Source: a virus
Lineage: Duplodnaviria > Caudoviricetes
IMG/VR virus record: IMGVR_UViG_3300016672_000090
Location: 1-64,000 of that record
Strand: one strand, 5' to 3'
Length of the DNA: 64,000 bases
Shown: positions 1 through 9,809 of the stretch, one piece after another
Layout of the letters: each line of letters opens with the position of its first letter
Position numbering within the stretch: position 1 is the stretch's first letter
The notes under the pieces: model-generated
Seen by the model: only the letters and a program-made list of their open reading frames with translations
The model's database searches: none
What the model was told of the DNA's origin: nothing
Translations under genes and position numbers: made by a program

Positions 1-597
1 ATAGAACTGATCGCCAAAGAGCTGAGCCATCATCCCGCAGGCGCCGCCTTCGAAGCCCAGCGTAATACCGCCATCAATCGCAACTAGGCCAGTCAGCATA
101 GTGGAGTTCACGACCTTCTCAGCAAGCAGCCTACGCAGGCGCTCGTTCTCGGCCTTGAACGTGTCTAACTCCGTCAGGTAATCAGCATCCATGCGCAGCA
201 TCTTGGACTTGGCGGCGGCACTGATCAGAACGCGAACAAGCTCAAGCCACCGGGCAGCACACTCTTCGCCGCCCTCTGGTGTGGAGTAGCCAAGCCAGCC
301 CAGTGCGCCGACCAATGCCTGGACATCATCGAAACAGGGCTCGATACGAGAAATTTCAGCTTTTAACTGGTCGGTACGCTCAACCTGATCCGCAAAGTAA
401 TTACGGTTTCTATGGCTGTCGTCAGCGAGACGCTGGACCTGAGCCTTAAGCGCTTTGTTCTCTTCGGCAAAGCCCAGGTGTTCCGCCCGCAACTGCGCCA
501 GCCATGCGCTACTGACCTGCTCAGTGTCCTGGCATCCACCATGCGGGGAGCACATACCCGGCGTCTGGCAGGCCGTCATTGATTTTCGGCAGATCAT
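1..597 (-). CDS. Phage hypothetical protein, partial (runs off window start)
   Basis: My translation: ATG at 597 overlaps the upstream stop (ATGA); MICRKSMTACQTPGMCSPHGGCQ..., open to position 1. Confidence 0.7.
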   Translation of the reverse strand, partial: MICRKSMTACQTPGMCSPHGGCQDTEQVSSAWLAQLRAEHLGFAEENKALKAQVQRLADDSHRNRNYFADQVERTDQLKAEISRIEPCFDDVQALVGALGWLGYSTPEGGEECAARWLELVRVLISAAAKSKMLRMDADYLTELDTFKAENERLRRLLAEKVVNSTMLTGLVAIDGGITLGFEGGACGMMAQLFGDQFY

Positions 598-821
598 GGC
601 TTAACCCCCGGCTTCTTGCTCACCTTCCCTTCCGCCTCAAGCTGACGCATGGTCGCGCGAAGGGTTTTGAGGTCGTATGCATGCATCATCGATTTGATCC
701 ATTTGTTCGTGCTGTACACGCAAACGTAGGACAGAACGAACAAGACCAAGGCCAGCAGAGCAACAGCGGCACACACCATCACGCCATAGCCCAGCCACAA
801 AGCGATTAAATTAATCGTCAT
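594..821 (-). CDS. Small membrane protein
   Basis: ATG 821 (MTINLIALWLG...) coupled to the upstream stop; long hydrophobic segment. Confidence 0.65.
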   Translation of the reverse strand: MTINLIALWLGYGVMVCAAVALLALVLFVLSYVCVYSTNKWIKSMMHAYDLKTLRATMRQLEAEGKVSKKPGVKP

Positions 822-1150
822 GGTTTTACCTTCTGTGGAGCCAGCATCCAGTCGGGCGTGCAGGATATGCCGCCGCCCGCACTTGAAGTTTTGTAGACCC
901 AGCACGTCACGTTGCGCTTGTTGTCGTGAATGACGGTCACGCCCTCACCGAAGGTCATGCGCTCAATCTCGATACGCTTAATGGCAGGCGGCTGGGCTTC
1001 TTGGGACGGATGCGGGCCAAGCATCGCCGCCAGCTCTTGCAGCTGCTTATCATCGGCTACCGCTCCAGGCTGCCAGTCACCCACACCAATCGTAGGATCA
1101 CCACAGCCGCCAAGGGTTAACGCCAGCGCTACCAATGCAAGGCGCTTCAC
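818..1150 (-). CDS. Putative lipoprotein
   Basis: GTG start overlapping the upstream stop; basic N-terminus, hydrophobic stretch and lipobox LGGC. Confidence 0.65.
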   Translation of the reverse strand: MKRLALVALALTLGGCGDPTIGVGDWQPGAVADDKQLQELAAMLGPHPSQEAQPPAIKRIEIERMTFGEGVTVIHDNKRNVTCWVYKTSSAGGGISCTPDWMLAPQKVKP

Positions 1151-1350
1151 GGGCTCACCTTCCACGGCAAGAAAACCGCCTTAGCCACCGAAATGATTTC
1201 TGAGAAGTCGCCGCGGTTCTCCCACAGGATTGCGCCAGCAAAAACGAATGGCGCCACTGGCAGCACTAGGAGAAGTGCCAGGCGTGCAATAAGGGGGTAC
1301 TTGAGCATCCATGGCTTGATGCCTGTCGGATCGAAGGTTGGGATCTTCAT
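1147..1350 (-). CDS. Small membrane protein
   Basis: 67 aa ORF with one hydrophobic helix in a translationally coupled chain. Confidence 0.6.
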   Translation of the reverse strand: MKIPTFDPTGIKPWMLKYPLIARLALLLVLPVAPFVFAGAILWENRGDFSEIISVAKAVFLPWKVSP

Positions 1351-1592
1351 GCACGCTCTCCCTTGCTCATAGCCGCCTCAGCCTTCTTGATCGCCCGCAC
1401 CATGCCCGCATGCTCGGCGCCAAGTTTCTTGCAGCTTCCGCGTAGGCTCAGGTTGTCAGCCTTAAGGCGCTCAACCTCGGCCAGCAGGCGCAGGGTATCG
1501 CCTGAGCTGGCGCCTAGGCCCCGCTCGGCATCCTGCTTGATTCGTTCCAAGTTGCTGGCGCTTAACAGGGCAGTCATTGCGCACCACCACAA
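1347..1592 (-). CDS. Small coiled-coil phage protein (Ead/Ea22-like)
   Basis: LRLLAEVERLKADN motif typical of phage early proteins. Confidence 0.55.
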   Translation of the reverse strand: MWWCAMTALLSASNLERIKQDAERGLGASSGDTLRLLAEVERLKADNLSLRGSCKKLGAEHAGMVRAIKKAEAAMSKGERA

Positions 1593-1699
1593 ATTTGCGG
1601 GTCGTTACCGCCCAGATACTCGAAAGACATAAGTTTTGTTCCTGTTATGTGGGTTGGCGCCAGCATATCAGGGCATTAAACATTATCAAAACATTGTTT

Positions 1700-3994
1700 C
1701 TATGTGATTCCTGCGAGTGCTGCGCGGGCAGCATCGAGCGCGGCTTGTCTCCTGTCAGTACCGAGGCTGACGGATTCTCCTTGTGCTGGCACGTATTCAG
1801 CAGACTCCAAGAACGCCATGGCGATGGTGTCCAAAAGGTCGGGGGATGGTAAACCTTCGGCGGCCATGTCCTGCTTGCGGGCGATGTGATAGCGGCCCAG
1901 CTCGTCGAGGAAGTAGGGAATACGGCTGCCCTGGTCGATCAAATCCTTTTTGTAGTCGCGCGATAGGCGTACCACACCGTCCTTGATCGCCTCTACAGCG
2001 TGCACGGTGCATTGCGCCCGCTGGTTGAGGAAGCGCTTGCGGTATTCGTTACTGAACGGCAGTTCGCCCCAGCGGGCGCCCTTGGCATGTATGCCGCCAC
2101 CAGACAGCTCTATCAGCCGCTTGAGGAACTGGTTACCCATACCGTTGGTGTCGACGATGATGGTTACGTTTGAGAACTGCGCCGCGTATTCCAGGACTTT
2201 GACCGCAACCGGCGTCCAGTCCTCGGTGTTGGTGTAGACCGGCACGCCCACTACCTCGATACGGCGCCGGTCTGCGCTCATCCGGTCACCGTTGCCGATC
2301 ACCTTCATGTGCGTGGCCACGGTCTTGTCTCGCCCTACGCCAGCAGCAACGTCGACCACGATCAGGTGGCCGTATGCCTCGCCCGGTAGGATGACGTTCG
2401 GACCTTCAATGACACGCTCAAGCGCCGCCTGACTGAGCAGGTACTTGCTGGAGTTGGTCGGGAACATGCCCCGGACCTTAATCTGGTACTCCATTTCATC
2501 GCGCCCACCGTACTGGATGAGCTTTTCCTTGATGAACTCGATACCCACCAGCGTGCTTTCTTCGGAGCTGAACGTGAGGCTGGTCCAGGCGCCGCCCTGG
2601 CGCTTGCTCTTACTGTGGTGCGAGTCACGGAAGAACCCACTGCTACGGGTGGGCTGTGACGCCATGATGAAACGGTTACGCGGATCAGTGAGGGCGCCAC
2701 CAATCACACCAAAGTTTTCGTCCGGGATGCCTGATGCTTCGTCCGCCATCCATAGGAGGTAATCGCCGTGGGTACCGGCAAGGTTCTCAGGGGCGCCGCG
2801 TGGCGCTGTACGGGTGGTGACGTACCAGATGGCCGACTTGGTGTTGATGTAGACCTTTTCGGCCTGAATGGTGATGTACTGCGCGATCCAGGCATGAGGG
2901 CCTTTCTCTATCTGCGCCTTGAGCGTGGTGATTTCCTTCCACACGCCCTCCCGCACCGTCTTGAGCTTTGGTGCGGTTATGTAGGTGTTTGAGTTGCGAT
3001 AGCAGAGAAGGTGCCAAAGCGCTATGACGCCAAAGCTCCTAGTCTTGCCAGTGTTGTGCAAGACGGTGAAGTCATGCCCCAACAGCCGGTGATCGCCGTC
3101 CAGGGTGAAACCGTAGTAGTCGCCCTCCCCCAGTGCCTCACATGAAGCAATCGAAAATTGCAGGGCTCCAGGTTGCCGATCGATCTTGGCCAGCCACCGG
3201 CCAGACTCCACGCGGACCACGCTCGCATGACAACCAACGGAACGCGCCAGCCACCCGACTTGGCGTGTGACAGCCTCGCTCCCACTAATGAATTGGGCGC
3301 CAGCACGCCCCACTAAACCATCCAGCAGGTCTTGGCGTTGCGCTTGAGCGCTGTACAGGTAGTCGGCGGGGATCAGCTCGCCGGATAGCGCCAGCCGCTG
3401 CCCCATAACGAACGGAGACACTGACAGGTTGCGCACTGGGCGACGGAATGACTTGGCAGCGCTTCTATAGGTCGCATAGCGGGCCTGCTTCTCTGCCCCC
3501 CATGTAAGCCACTGTTCAACGGTGGTTTCCACCTCAGCGCCCACACACACGTCACCATCTGGCGCTATGGCCACCAGACAGAGAATGTGCGCCTCGTTGA
3601 ATGTGTGGCTGCCCCCGTCCGAGTAAGTGAACCGGTACATGGGCTGGCGCCCGCGCTTAAGCTCCAGGACTGTGGTGGAGTGCGCGCCATCTGCCCCCAT
3701 AAGGCGATGGCCAGACTTTACGTCCTCTACGGCAATCGGCTCACCGCTGGCGAGCATGAGTTGGGTGCCCAGCGCAAAGCAGCCGTGGCCAGACGCCACA
3801 GACACCCGGCAGCCATAGGGCGATGCCTCGTCAAACAACTCCTTCTGCTGGTGCGTTACGGGCTTGCCAACGATCCCCATACCGCATACTTCGACGGCAA
3901 ACTTGTACTGCTCAAAGGCATAACGGGCGACGAACGCGGGCCAGCGCGGATCGGCATCGAGCACCAATTGTCTTTCTTTCTTCGCCTTGGCCAT
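1700..3994 (-). CDS. pacB: Terminase large subunit, P1 PacB-like, intein-containing
   Basis: DPRW N-terminus, Walker A SGHG|TGKT split by an intein, LAGTHGDYLLWMADEASG (Walker B), GALTDPRNRFIMASQPTRSSGFF, YGGRD, VDVAAGVGRDK, SPDLLD: all match P1 PacB motifs; ATG 3994 with SD aaggga. Confidence 0.93.
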   Translation of the reverse strand: MAKAKKERQLVLDADPRWPAFVARYAFEQYKFAVEVCGMGIVGKPVTHQQKELFDEASPYGCRVSVASGHGCFALGTQLMLASGEPIAVEDVKSGHRLMGADGAHSTTVLELKRGRQPMYRFTYSDGGSHTFNEAHILCLVAIAPDGDVCVGAEVETTVEQWLTWGAEKQARYATYRSAAKSFRRPVRNLSVSPFVMGQRLALSGELIPADYLYSAQAQRQDLLDGLVGRAGAQFISGSEAVTRQVGWLARSVGCHASVVRVESGRWLAKIDRQPGALQFSIASCEALGEGDYYGFTLDGDHRLLGHDFTVLHNTGKTRSFGVIALWHLLCYRNSNTYITAPKLKTVREGVWKEITTLKAQIEKGPHAWIAQYITIQAEKVYINTKSAIWYVTTRTAPRGAPENLAGTHGDYLLWMADEASGIPDENFGVIGGALTDPRNRFIMASQPTRSSGFFRDSHHSKSKRQGGAWTSLTFSSEESTLVGIEFIKEKLIQYGGRDEMEYQIKVRGMFPTNSSKYLLSQAALERVIEGPNVILPGEAYGHLIVVDVAAGVGRDKTVATHMKVIGNGDRMSADRRRIEVVGVPVYTNTEDWTPVAVKVLEYAAQFSNVTIIVDTNGMGNQFLKRLIELSGGGIHAKGARWGELPFSNEYRKRFLNQRAQCTVHAVEAIKDGVVRLSRDYKKDLIDQGSRIPYFLDELGRYHIARKQDMAAEGLPSPDLLDTIAMAFLESAEYVPAQGESVSLGTDRRQAALDAARAALAGIT
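3053..3781 (-). mobile_element. Intein (243 aa) with degenerate LAGLIDADG remnants
   Basis: Begins CFALGT (Cys codon 3781-3779) and ends VLHN (Asn codon 3055-3053), followed by Thr +1; internal IPADYLYS...RQDLLDGL and VGWLARSVG resemble endonuclease blocks E and H. Confidence 0.92.
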
Positions 3995-4010
3995 GCAATC
4001 CCTTAAACGC

Positions 4011-4035
4011 AAAAAGGGCCGTGTTACCGGCCCTT
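4011..4035 (-). terminator. Intrinsic terminator-like hairpin just upstream of terL
   Basis: aagggccg-gtaaca-cggccctt followed by a T-run on the minus strand. Confidence 0.6.
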
Positions 4036-4062
4036 ACACCCTACTGCTTGATTTGCTGGCGC

Positions 4063-4650
4063 TTACCGCGTGCTTTGCGCCTTGTTGCGCTCAATCTCAG
4101 CCAGGATCAGCGCGCCTGCCTTTACCAGCGCCTCAGCAGGCTTGCAGGCTTTTATCTTCGACTTGAATGGCCAGAAGCTGGTGTAGCGCATCGGGTACAC
4201 GCCAGCCGCCTGCATTGCGTAGCACGCCGCAGCCTTCCCCAGTTCGCCACCTTGGTACTGCGCAATATCGCTCTCTATCGAATAGCCTTCCTCTTGGCGC
4301 TGGCGCTGTAGCTCACGAATAAACGCCAGCACATCAGGACCTACACCCGGCACGTTCGCGTACATCGGCATAGATGGCTGCCAGCCTTGTGCACGGCGCT
4401 TGGCCCAGTCAGGCGACTCGGGGCCAGTAGGGCGCGTCATGGAAATACCCACCGCCTTTCCACCGCGAATGTTCAACCATGCCAATGGGGGCGTATCGCT
4501 GGCGCCCAACGGAAAGGCAACGCTCTTCCATACCGCATAGGCTGCTTGCGTGTGAGGGTTGGCGTAATCCTCGCCAGCCTGCTCAAGGTCCGCGATACCG
4601 GCCTGTGTCGCCGCATACTCAAAATCAGTTCGTTGCAGAAAAAGCGCCAT
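4063..4650 (-). CDS. Conserved phage protein
   Basis: RQRQ.EG...GELGKAAACYA...WP...LVKAGALILAEIER motif common in phage proteins; SD ggag before ATG 4650. Confidence 0.7.
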   Translation of the reverse strand: MALFLQRTDFEYAATQAGIADLEQAGEDYANPHTQAAYAVWKSVAFPLGASDTPPLAWLNIRGGKAVGISMTRPTGPESPDWAKRRAQGWQPSMPMYANVPGVGPDVLAFIRELQRQRQEEGYSIESDIAQYQGGELGKAAACYAMQAAGVYPMRYTSFWPFKSKIKACKPAEALVKAGALILAEIERNKAQSTR

Positions 4651-4814
4651 GTCTCCACCCTTCAATAAATTGCCATTGATCATTGGTCAGATGCGCACGG
4701 GGAGCTTGTTCAACCTCTCCACGCGCATTGCGCAACCACAGCAGCGCGCCAATCTCCAGCTCGACCATCAGTCGCTCGCCACTCCGGCGGTTCACGACTT
4801 CAACGGCCACCGCT

Positions 4815-5303
4815 TCACTCAACAAAGATGGGAACGAACTTCAATCGCCCCTCAATCTGCGCCACGTCAGCAGCCGTATACCCACGGGCAAACCGGCCCT
4901 CTACAAGCGGCACCAGCAGCGTTCGGTAAATCTTCGTGCCGTTGGCCACGTAGTCGCGCAGACCGCGCAATAGCAGCGCTTCGGAGCCTTGATAGGGGAA
5001 GCCAGGCCAGAAACCATTAGCGCCCTTCGCCGTGCTGTGAAGGTCAATGCTTGGCGTTTGTGGGTTGTGGTCGCGGAAATGGACACGACCGTCGATGGTG
5101 ATACGCAGGCGGCACACATCCCCCGCTTCATTCGCCCAGGTGCGGTTCCCAACTTTGGAAATCTCTACCAGCACGGTGTTGGCGTGCTTGAGGCGAATCA
5201 GGCGCGAGCGGCGCATTAGTTCTGTGCGGTCTAAGAGTGCTTCCTGTGACTGGCTCATATGGGGGCTCACAGCATTTTCAATTGAAGTTGGGCGCGGACG
5301 CAT
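4815..5303 (-). CDS. Hypothetical protein
   Basis: 162 aa ORF co-directional with neighbours; start uncertain. Confidence 0.55.
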   Translation of the reverse strand: MRPRPTSIENAVSPHMSQSQEALLDRTELMRRSRLIRLKHANTVLVEISKVGNRTWANEAGDVCRLRITIDGRVHFRDHNPQTPSIDLHSTAKGANGFWPGFPYQGSEALLLRGLRDYVANGTKIYRTLLVPLVEGRFARGYTAADVAQIEGRLKFVPIFVE

Positions 5304-5455
5304 TCGTGGTGCCCGTGAGGCAAGGCGCTGGTGCCTCGCTCACAGTTCCGACGCTTGCAGTCCTGGCAATGGGTGTAAGGACCGCGCACGTCTTTGCGCC
5401 AAACGATCCTATCCCCGCCGCAGTAACGGCAAAGCATTGGTTTGTACTCTCCCTG

Positions 5456-6076
5456 TTAATCCCCGGACTTCATGGCTCGACGCTTCATCATCAAATCCGC
5501 GTAAGCCCAACGAGCGTTAACATGGTTCTCCAGATCTGCGCTGGAGGGGCTGACCGGCATAAAGATTGGCGCATGTACCGCAAAGTCGTCGCGCAGGTCG
5601 CTCAGGTACTGCGCATCGTCCACAGATTTAGCCGTAGGGCACAGCTGGCGATCACCATGAATGGCACTGCCTTGATCCGTGATTGGTGAATTGGTGCAGC
5701 GCTCAATTACAGGCAGGCCCTGCATATGCTGGCCAAGCCGGGGATGGCTTAGAGCTTTGACCACCTCGACGGGAAACTCCAGCTCTGTGGCCGGGCGCGC
5801 AGCGCGGACACGTAAAGCCGCCATAGCTGGCGCCGGGCAGGATAGGAATCGGTCCAGGTACGCTTGCAGCCCACCACGAATCACCGGCGCCCCGCCTCGA
5901 CCCCGCTCAACTGGAACCCAGCGCGGCGAACCCGGTAGACGGACGTGAAAGAACTGATCACCGCTGCCATCGCGCACGGTCAGCCCGCACACCTCAAGAA
6001 ACTTACGGAACTCCAGAAGCTGTTCAGTACTAAGCGAACCGTTAAAAGTCGCTGCTTTACGCTCTACTTGCTGCAT
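5456..6076 (-). CDS. Hypothetical protein
   Basis: 206 aa ORF co-directional with neighbours. Confidence 0.6.
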   Translation of the reverse strand: MQQVERKAATFNGSLSTEQLLEFRKFLEVCGLTVRDGSGDQFFHVRLPGSPRWVPVERGRGGAPVIRGGLQAYLDRFLSCPAPAMAALRVRAARPATELEFPVEVVKALSHPRLGQHMQGLPVIERCTNSPITDQGSAIHGDRQLCPTAKSVDDAQYLSDLRDDFAVHAPIFMPVSPSSADLENHVNARWAYADLMMKRRAMKSGD

Positions 6077-6090
6077 TGGTTCTACTCCTG

Positions 6091-6363
6091 TTACTTGGCC
6101 GTGAATGGCTTTAAGTTTTCTTGCCTACCATGGCGTAATGTCGCCCGCTTCTCTGCCTTCAAGGCCAGCGGACGAACCCAAATTTGCCCAGTCTTGAACT
6201 GGTACAGCTCCCACAGGCCTAGCTTCATCGTCACAGTGCCTTTCTCGTACGTCTGCCATGCTGCACGACTGACATGGATCAGATCGGCGCTTTCACGCTG
6301 GCTCAGGCCCGTAGCAAAGCGACATTTCTTTACCTGATCCGCCGTTGGGCCGACCGGCTTCAA
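6091..6363 (-). CDS. XRE-family HTH regulator
   Basis: CRFATGLSQRESADLIHVSRAAWQTYEKG helix-turn-helix pattern. Confidence 0.8.
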   Translation of the reverse strand: MKPVGPTADQVKKCRFATGLSQRESADLIHVSRAAWQTYEKGTVTMKLGLWELYQFKTGQIWVRPLALKAEKRATLRHGRQENLKPFTAK

Positions 6364-7445
6364 TTCACAATCCCTATCTTGGCTAGCTCTTCGGCGCGCC
6401 CGGCCATAGCCTCGCGGTTGCGCTCAGTGTTCGCTTCGGCCTTCGCCAGAATCTCTTCCAGGAGTTCTTCACTGACACCCACATTTACTACCACGGCAGG
6501 CTCTACGTTCATGTTGAACAGCTTGGCCAGCCCGTCGCGGTAGCCCTTCTGACTGGCTATTTTCAGCTCAGTACCATCCTTTCCTTCCTTCACGCCCTCA
6601 AAAAGCGTCAGGGCAGCGGGCGAAAGGTTGCCGGTATCTTTGAACAGCGCATGCCCCTCGCCTTCACCGTCGCACTCAGGGCAGTCAGGGCTTGGCGACT
6701 TCTTGCCGTCGTAGCCAAGGCCGCCCAACTCATCGAAATCGCCAATGGTCTTTTTCTCAGCCTCGGCAGCAGCTTTATCCGCTTCGTACTGGTCACGGCG
6801 GCGCTCCATTTCACTCGGGCGCAGCTGGAACTTATGGCCAATTCCGTAGCAATAGCGACAGCAACGGCGCACGTACTCGACCAGTTCACGCGGATCTGCA
6901 AACGAGGCCGCGTGATATGTGGCAATGAGCTGGTTTTGTACTTCCGCCGTGCGCGAAAACAGTTCGACTTGGCGGGCGAGCATGTAAGGGTGCGACTTAA
7001 CTTTACTTAACAGTCGACTGGCACCCGCAGCGGCTGCGTTGTCGTTCTTACATGCAAAGCCTGCGTCTCGGTATGACTCCTTAGCGTTGTAGGTCACCAA
7101 CCAGAGGTCTACGAACTTGGCTTGGCGAGCATCCAACCCTTGGAAAGCCGCCATTTCTAAGGCTCTGCGCTCTTTCAGGCTGAGCTTCACCGGGTTCTTT
7201 ATTTCAGTCGTGCCACGCTTCGGAGTAGCACGCCGAACGACAGGTTTGACCGCCGTGGCCTTGGCTTTAACAGCACTTTTAACGGGCTTTTTGGGGCCCG
7301 TGGCGGCTGTACTTTTGCCCGTTTTTTCCTTGCCTACCTTAACAACACGCGGTTTTGCAGGTTTGCGCACACGCTTAGCCGCAACAGACGGGGATAGTTG
7401 ATCCCTAGACATCTCTGTATTTTCTGTCTCTGACTTGCCCGGCAT
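6360..7445 (-). CDS. Terminase small subunit with Zn-binding insert
   Basis: RQAKFVDLWL..NAKESYRDAGF..AAAAGASRLLS TerS motif; CRYCYG...CPECDGEG; basic low-complexity N-terminus. Confidence 0.8.
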   Translation of the reverse strand: MPGKSETENTEMSRDQLSPSVAAKRVRKPAKPRVVKVGKEKTGKSTAATGPKKPVKSAVKAKATAVKPVVRRATPKRGTTEIKNPVKLSLKERRALEMAAFQGLDARQAKFVDLWLVTYNAKESYRDAGFACKNDNAAAAGASRLLSKVKSHPYMLARQVELFSRTAEVQNQLIATYHAASFADPRELVEYVRRCCRYCYGIGHKFQLRPSEMERRRDQYEADKAAAEAEKKTIGDFDELGGLGYDGKKSPSPDCPECDGEGEGHALFKDTGNLSPAALTLFEGVKEGKDGTELKIASQKGYRDGLAKLFNMNVEPAVVVNVGVSEELLEEILAKAEANTERNREAMAGRAEELAKIGIVN

Positions 7446-7516
7446 CCCAACAACCTCATGCGTAATAAGTTAGCTATCAGCCACGGCAAAAAGGCCAACT
7501 TCCTATGCTTCACGTT

Positions 7517-7546
7517 AAAAAAATAGCCCGCATCTGCGGGCTATCT
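7517..7546 (-). terminator. Terminator-like hairpin
   Basis: atagcccgca-tc-tgcgggctat with an A7 run on the plus strand (U-tract on minus). Confidence 0.6.
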
Positions 7547-8069
7547 TGTATGGGCGTTGATCCTGGTAGACCCCCACCACTATCAGCCAATGGAACGCTG
7601 CTGACCGGCGCCGCAAAGGTGGTAAACCTTTCTCCTGTCGGTTATCCATGCTGGGATGTTCAGGTGCTGTCTAAGGGCACCATTGCCCGATGCAAACCAC
7701 ACATCCGACCACCACAACGAGCGACCGCATAACGCTTTACTGCGCCCCTTAAGGGGGCCAGGCTATTTGCACGAGGCAAATTTGAAATGCAACAGGTGAC
7801 ACGCTTAGGCGAATGGTCAACCCGCATCACTGGCGCCAATTCAACCGTCAGGAAACACCCGGCCATGCTTGCCACCTTTCGGCCTGCTGCATACCGCAAC
7901 GCTCTTCCCAAAGCGCTCCGGCTATGCACAACCCTTAAAACACCCGCAAGCCTGATCGAGTTCAGGCTTGCGGGGCACCGCTGCCAGCGTTAACACGCAG
8001 GTCAAGCCAGAAGACGCCACGTTTGGCTATACACGTCTTCCTCTCCCGCACCACCTACATCACCCACTT

Positions 8070-8825
8070 TTAAAACAAAAGCTGCTGCACCTGCTTTGCA
8101 ATCTGTTCCGGGGCGGCACAAAACGGCTCGTAGTCAGCCATTGTCTGTTCCCGCTCTCTCCGGCGAATCTGTTCCGTCATGCTCACATGCAACTCACCCA
8201 CTAAACGGACGAGCTTTGCACCTCCGCGAATATCTTCGAAGTTCGGCGCATGGGCTTTAAATATCTCTAAGGCGCTTACAAGATCAGTTGCAACACCCGC
8301 GACCTCTGACAACAGCACACGATCCAGGCTTAACGCCTCAATCATGATTCCGTTGCGGCGCGTTAGTGCATCCACCAAGCGGCCAAACTCACTGGTCAGG
8401 GCTGTGCTGATAACCCCGCGTAACACCGCCTGATTGCCGTCTTCTGGCACGGCAACAATGTCGTCGTGCATGTCTAGCAAGTAATCAGTAGTTACCCCGT
8501 ACAGTTGCGCGAGCATCCGCAGGTTAGGGGCGCTGGGCTGGCGGTGGCCGTTCTCATACAGGCTGATCATCGTCATACCTGACTGAGACAATGCCAACCC
8601 AGCAGCACTTTCACTCAGTCCTGCCAGCCGGCGGGCCCTACGGAGTTTCACGCCCGTAATAGCTGCTAGCCGGGCTTCCTCGGCTCGCCGGATTGCATCC
8701 TGGCCAGATCCAATACCCAAGTCTTCCGACTCACAAAACAACGATGGCGCAGAAACAGAGGAATTAGTCAGCATCGGGCTTGCCTGACCTGTAGGCGACT
8801 CCGCGCTTTTTTTATCCCCATCCAT
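8070..8825 (-). CDS. XRE HTH transcriptional regulator
   Basis: LRRARRLAGLSESAAGLAL...MISLYENGHRQPSAPNLRMLAQLYGVTTDYLL. Confidence 0.85.
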   Translation of the reverse strand: MDGDKKSAESPTGQASPMLTNSSVSAPSLFCESEDLGIGSGQDAIRRAEEARLAAITGVKLRRARRLAGLSESAAGLALSQSGMTMISLYENGHRQPSAPNLRMLAQLYGVTTDYLLDMHDDIVAVPEDGNQAVLRGVISTALTSEFGRLVDALTRRNGIMIEALSLDRVLLSEVAGVATDLVSALEIFKAHAPNFEDIRGGAKLVRLVGELHVSMTEQIRRREREQTMADYEPFCAAPEQIAKQVQQLLF

Positions 8826-8951
8826 CTAAGTCGCCCTCGTGGTCATGTCTCAATGACGGCGATTAGAAAGTATCCCTATACATTTAGCAAGCGTGGAAGG
8901 CCTAACAAATTGGCTACGGACGTGGCAGAAATGACAACTTACTGCGCCCGC

Positions 8952-9218
8952 CTAAGACTGCTCGTTAAACAGCTCTATGACTCTAGCCTTAAGCCCATCA
9001 GCGTTTTCAGGGCACTGCACGACCTCTAAACACAACAAATCCCGGCGCCTGCGAAGGTCGGTAACCGTCATTAAAAATTGTGCGTCGTACTCAATCCTTA
9101 ATAGTTGGCCAGCCAGGCAATGCCGCTTCTTAGGCGCGTAGCAAGCAGCACAAAACAACAAATGGCTAATGTACTTTTCGTGGGCCATTACCACGACTGC
9201 CGGCAGTGGATCGCTCAA
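8952..9218 (-). CDS. Hypothetical protein
   Basis: 88 aa ORF coupled to the upstream nuclease gene. Confidence 0.5.
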   Translation of the reverse strand: MSDPLPAVVVMAHEKYISHLLFCAACYAPKKRHCLAGQLLRIEYDAQFLMTVTDLRRRRDLLCLEVVQCPENADGLKARVIELFNEQS

Positions 9219-9748
9219 AATTCCTCAACGCTCCAGCCGCCACCATCTGACTTAGACGCCTTCTTGATCGCGACGAACTTGAACACCGGGTACATATCAG
9301 CCGCTACCTTGATCTTTACTCGGGCATCATCCGTCCAGAAGCCTTTAACCTCATGGGCTTCAAGCTCCCGGCTGCCTGGCATCACAAAGAAGTCGACGGT
9401 GTAAAACGTCTTGTTGGCCAGCCTGAGCTTGATGCCTTCGAACTTGTACCAAAGCACTTGGCCAGCCTGTTTTAACTGCTCCAGGTGCGCCGCATAGGCC
9501 TCTTCGGTCTTGTTCATAACGCCAGCCGGGAGACGGCCCAGCGCCTGCATACGCTGCGTCGAGGACTTAGCCGGCGCAGCAGGCACCACAGGGGCAGGAA
9601 CTACCGCCGTCTTATCCGCGGCCCTTGACGGTGGTTTCTTAGCGCCGGGCACAGCCCTGGCGCCAGCAGGCACCGCACTAAACGCCTGTCGCGTCATGGC
9701 AGCCGGGAGGCTCTTCAAGTGCTCTTCGCTTATCCATCGTTTCGTCAT
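9215..9748 (-). CDS. PD-(D/E)xK nuclease, DUF1064-like
   Basis: MNKTEEAY..HL...YTVDF...HEVKGFWTDDARVKIK. Confidence 0.75.
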   Translation of the reverse strand: MTKRWISEEHLKSLPAAMTRQAFSAVPAGARAVPGAKKPPSRAADKTAVVPAPVVPAAPAKSSTQRMQALGRLPAGVMNKTEEAYAAHLEQLKQAGQVLWYKFEGIKLRLANKTFYTVDFFVMPGSRELEAHEVKGFWTDDARVKIKVAADMYPVFKFVAIKKASKSDGGGWSVEEF

Positions 9749-9809
9749 GCCCGCATTTTCCCAACAAAAAGGGCGCCACCCTGGACGCCCTTTGCATGAA
9801 TCGAAGTAG

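Noticed and set aside
6360-7445. P1-like pac site (clustered GATC hexamers) within terS
   Set aside because: No GATC cluster seen
7692-7732. Plus-strand GCAAACC as a late promoter
   Set aside because: No -10-like hexamer at N28 and no downstream plus-strand gene
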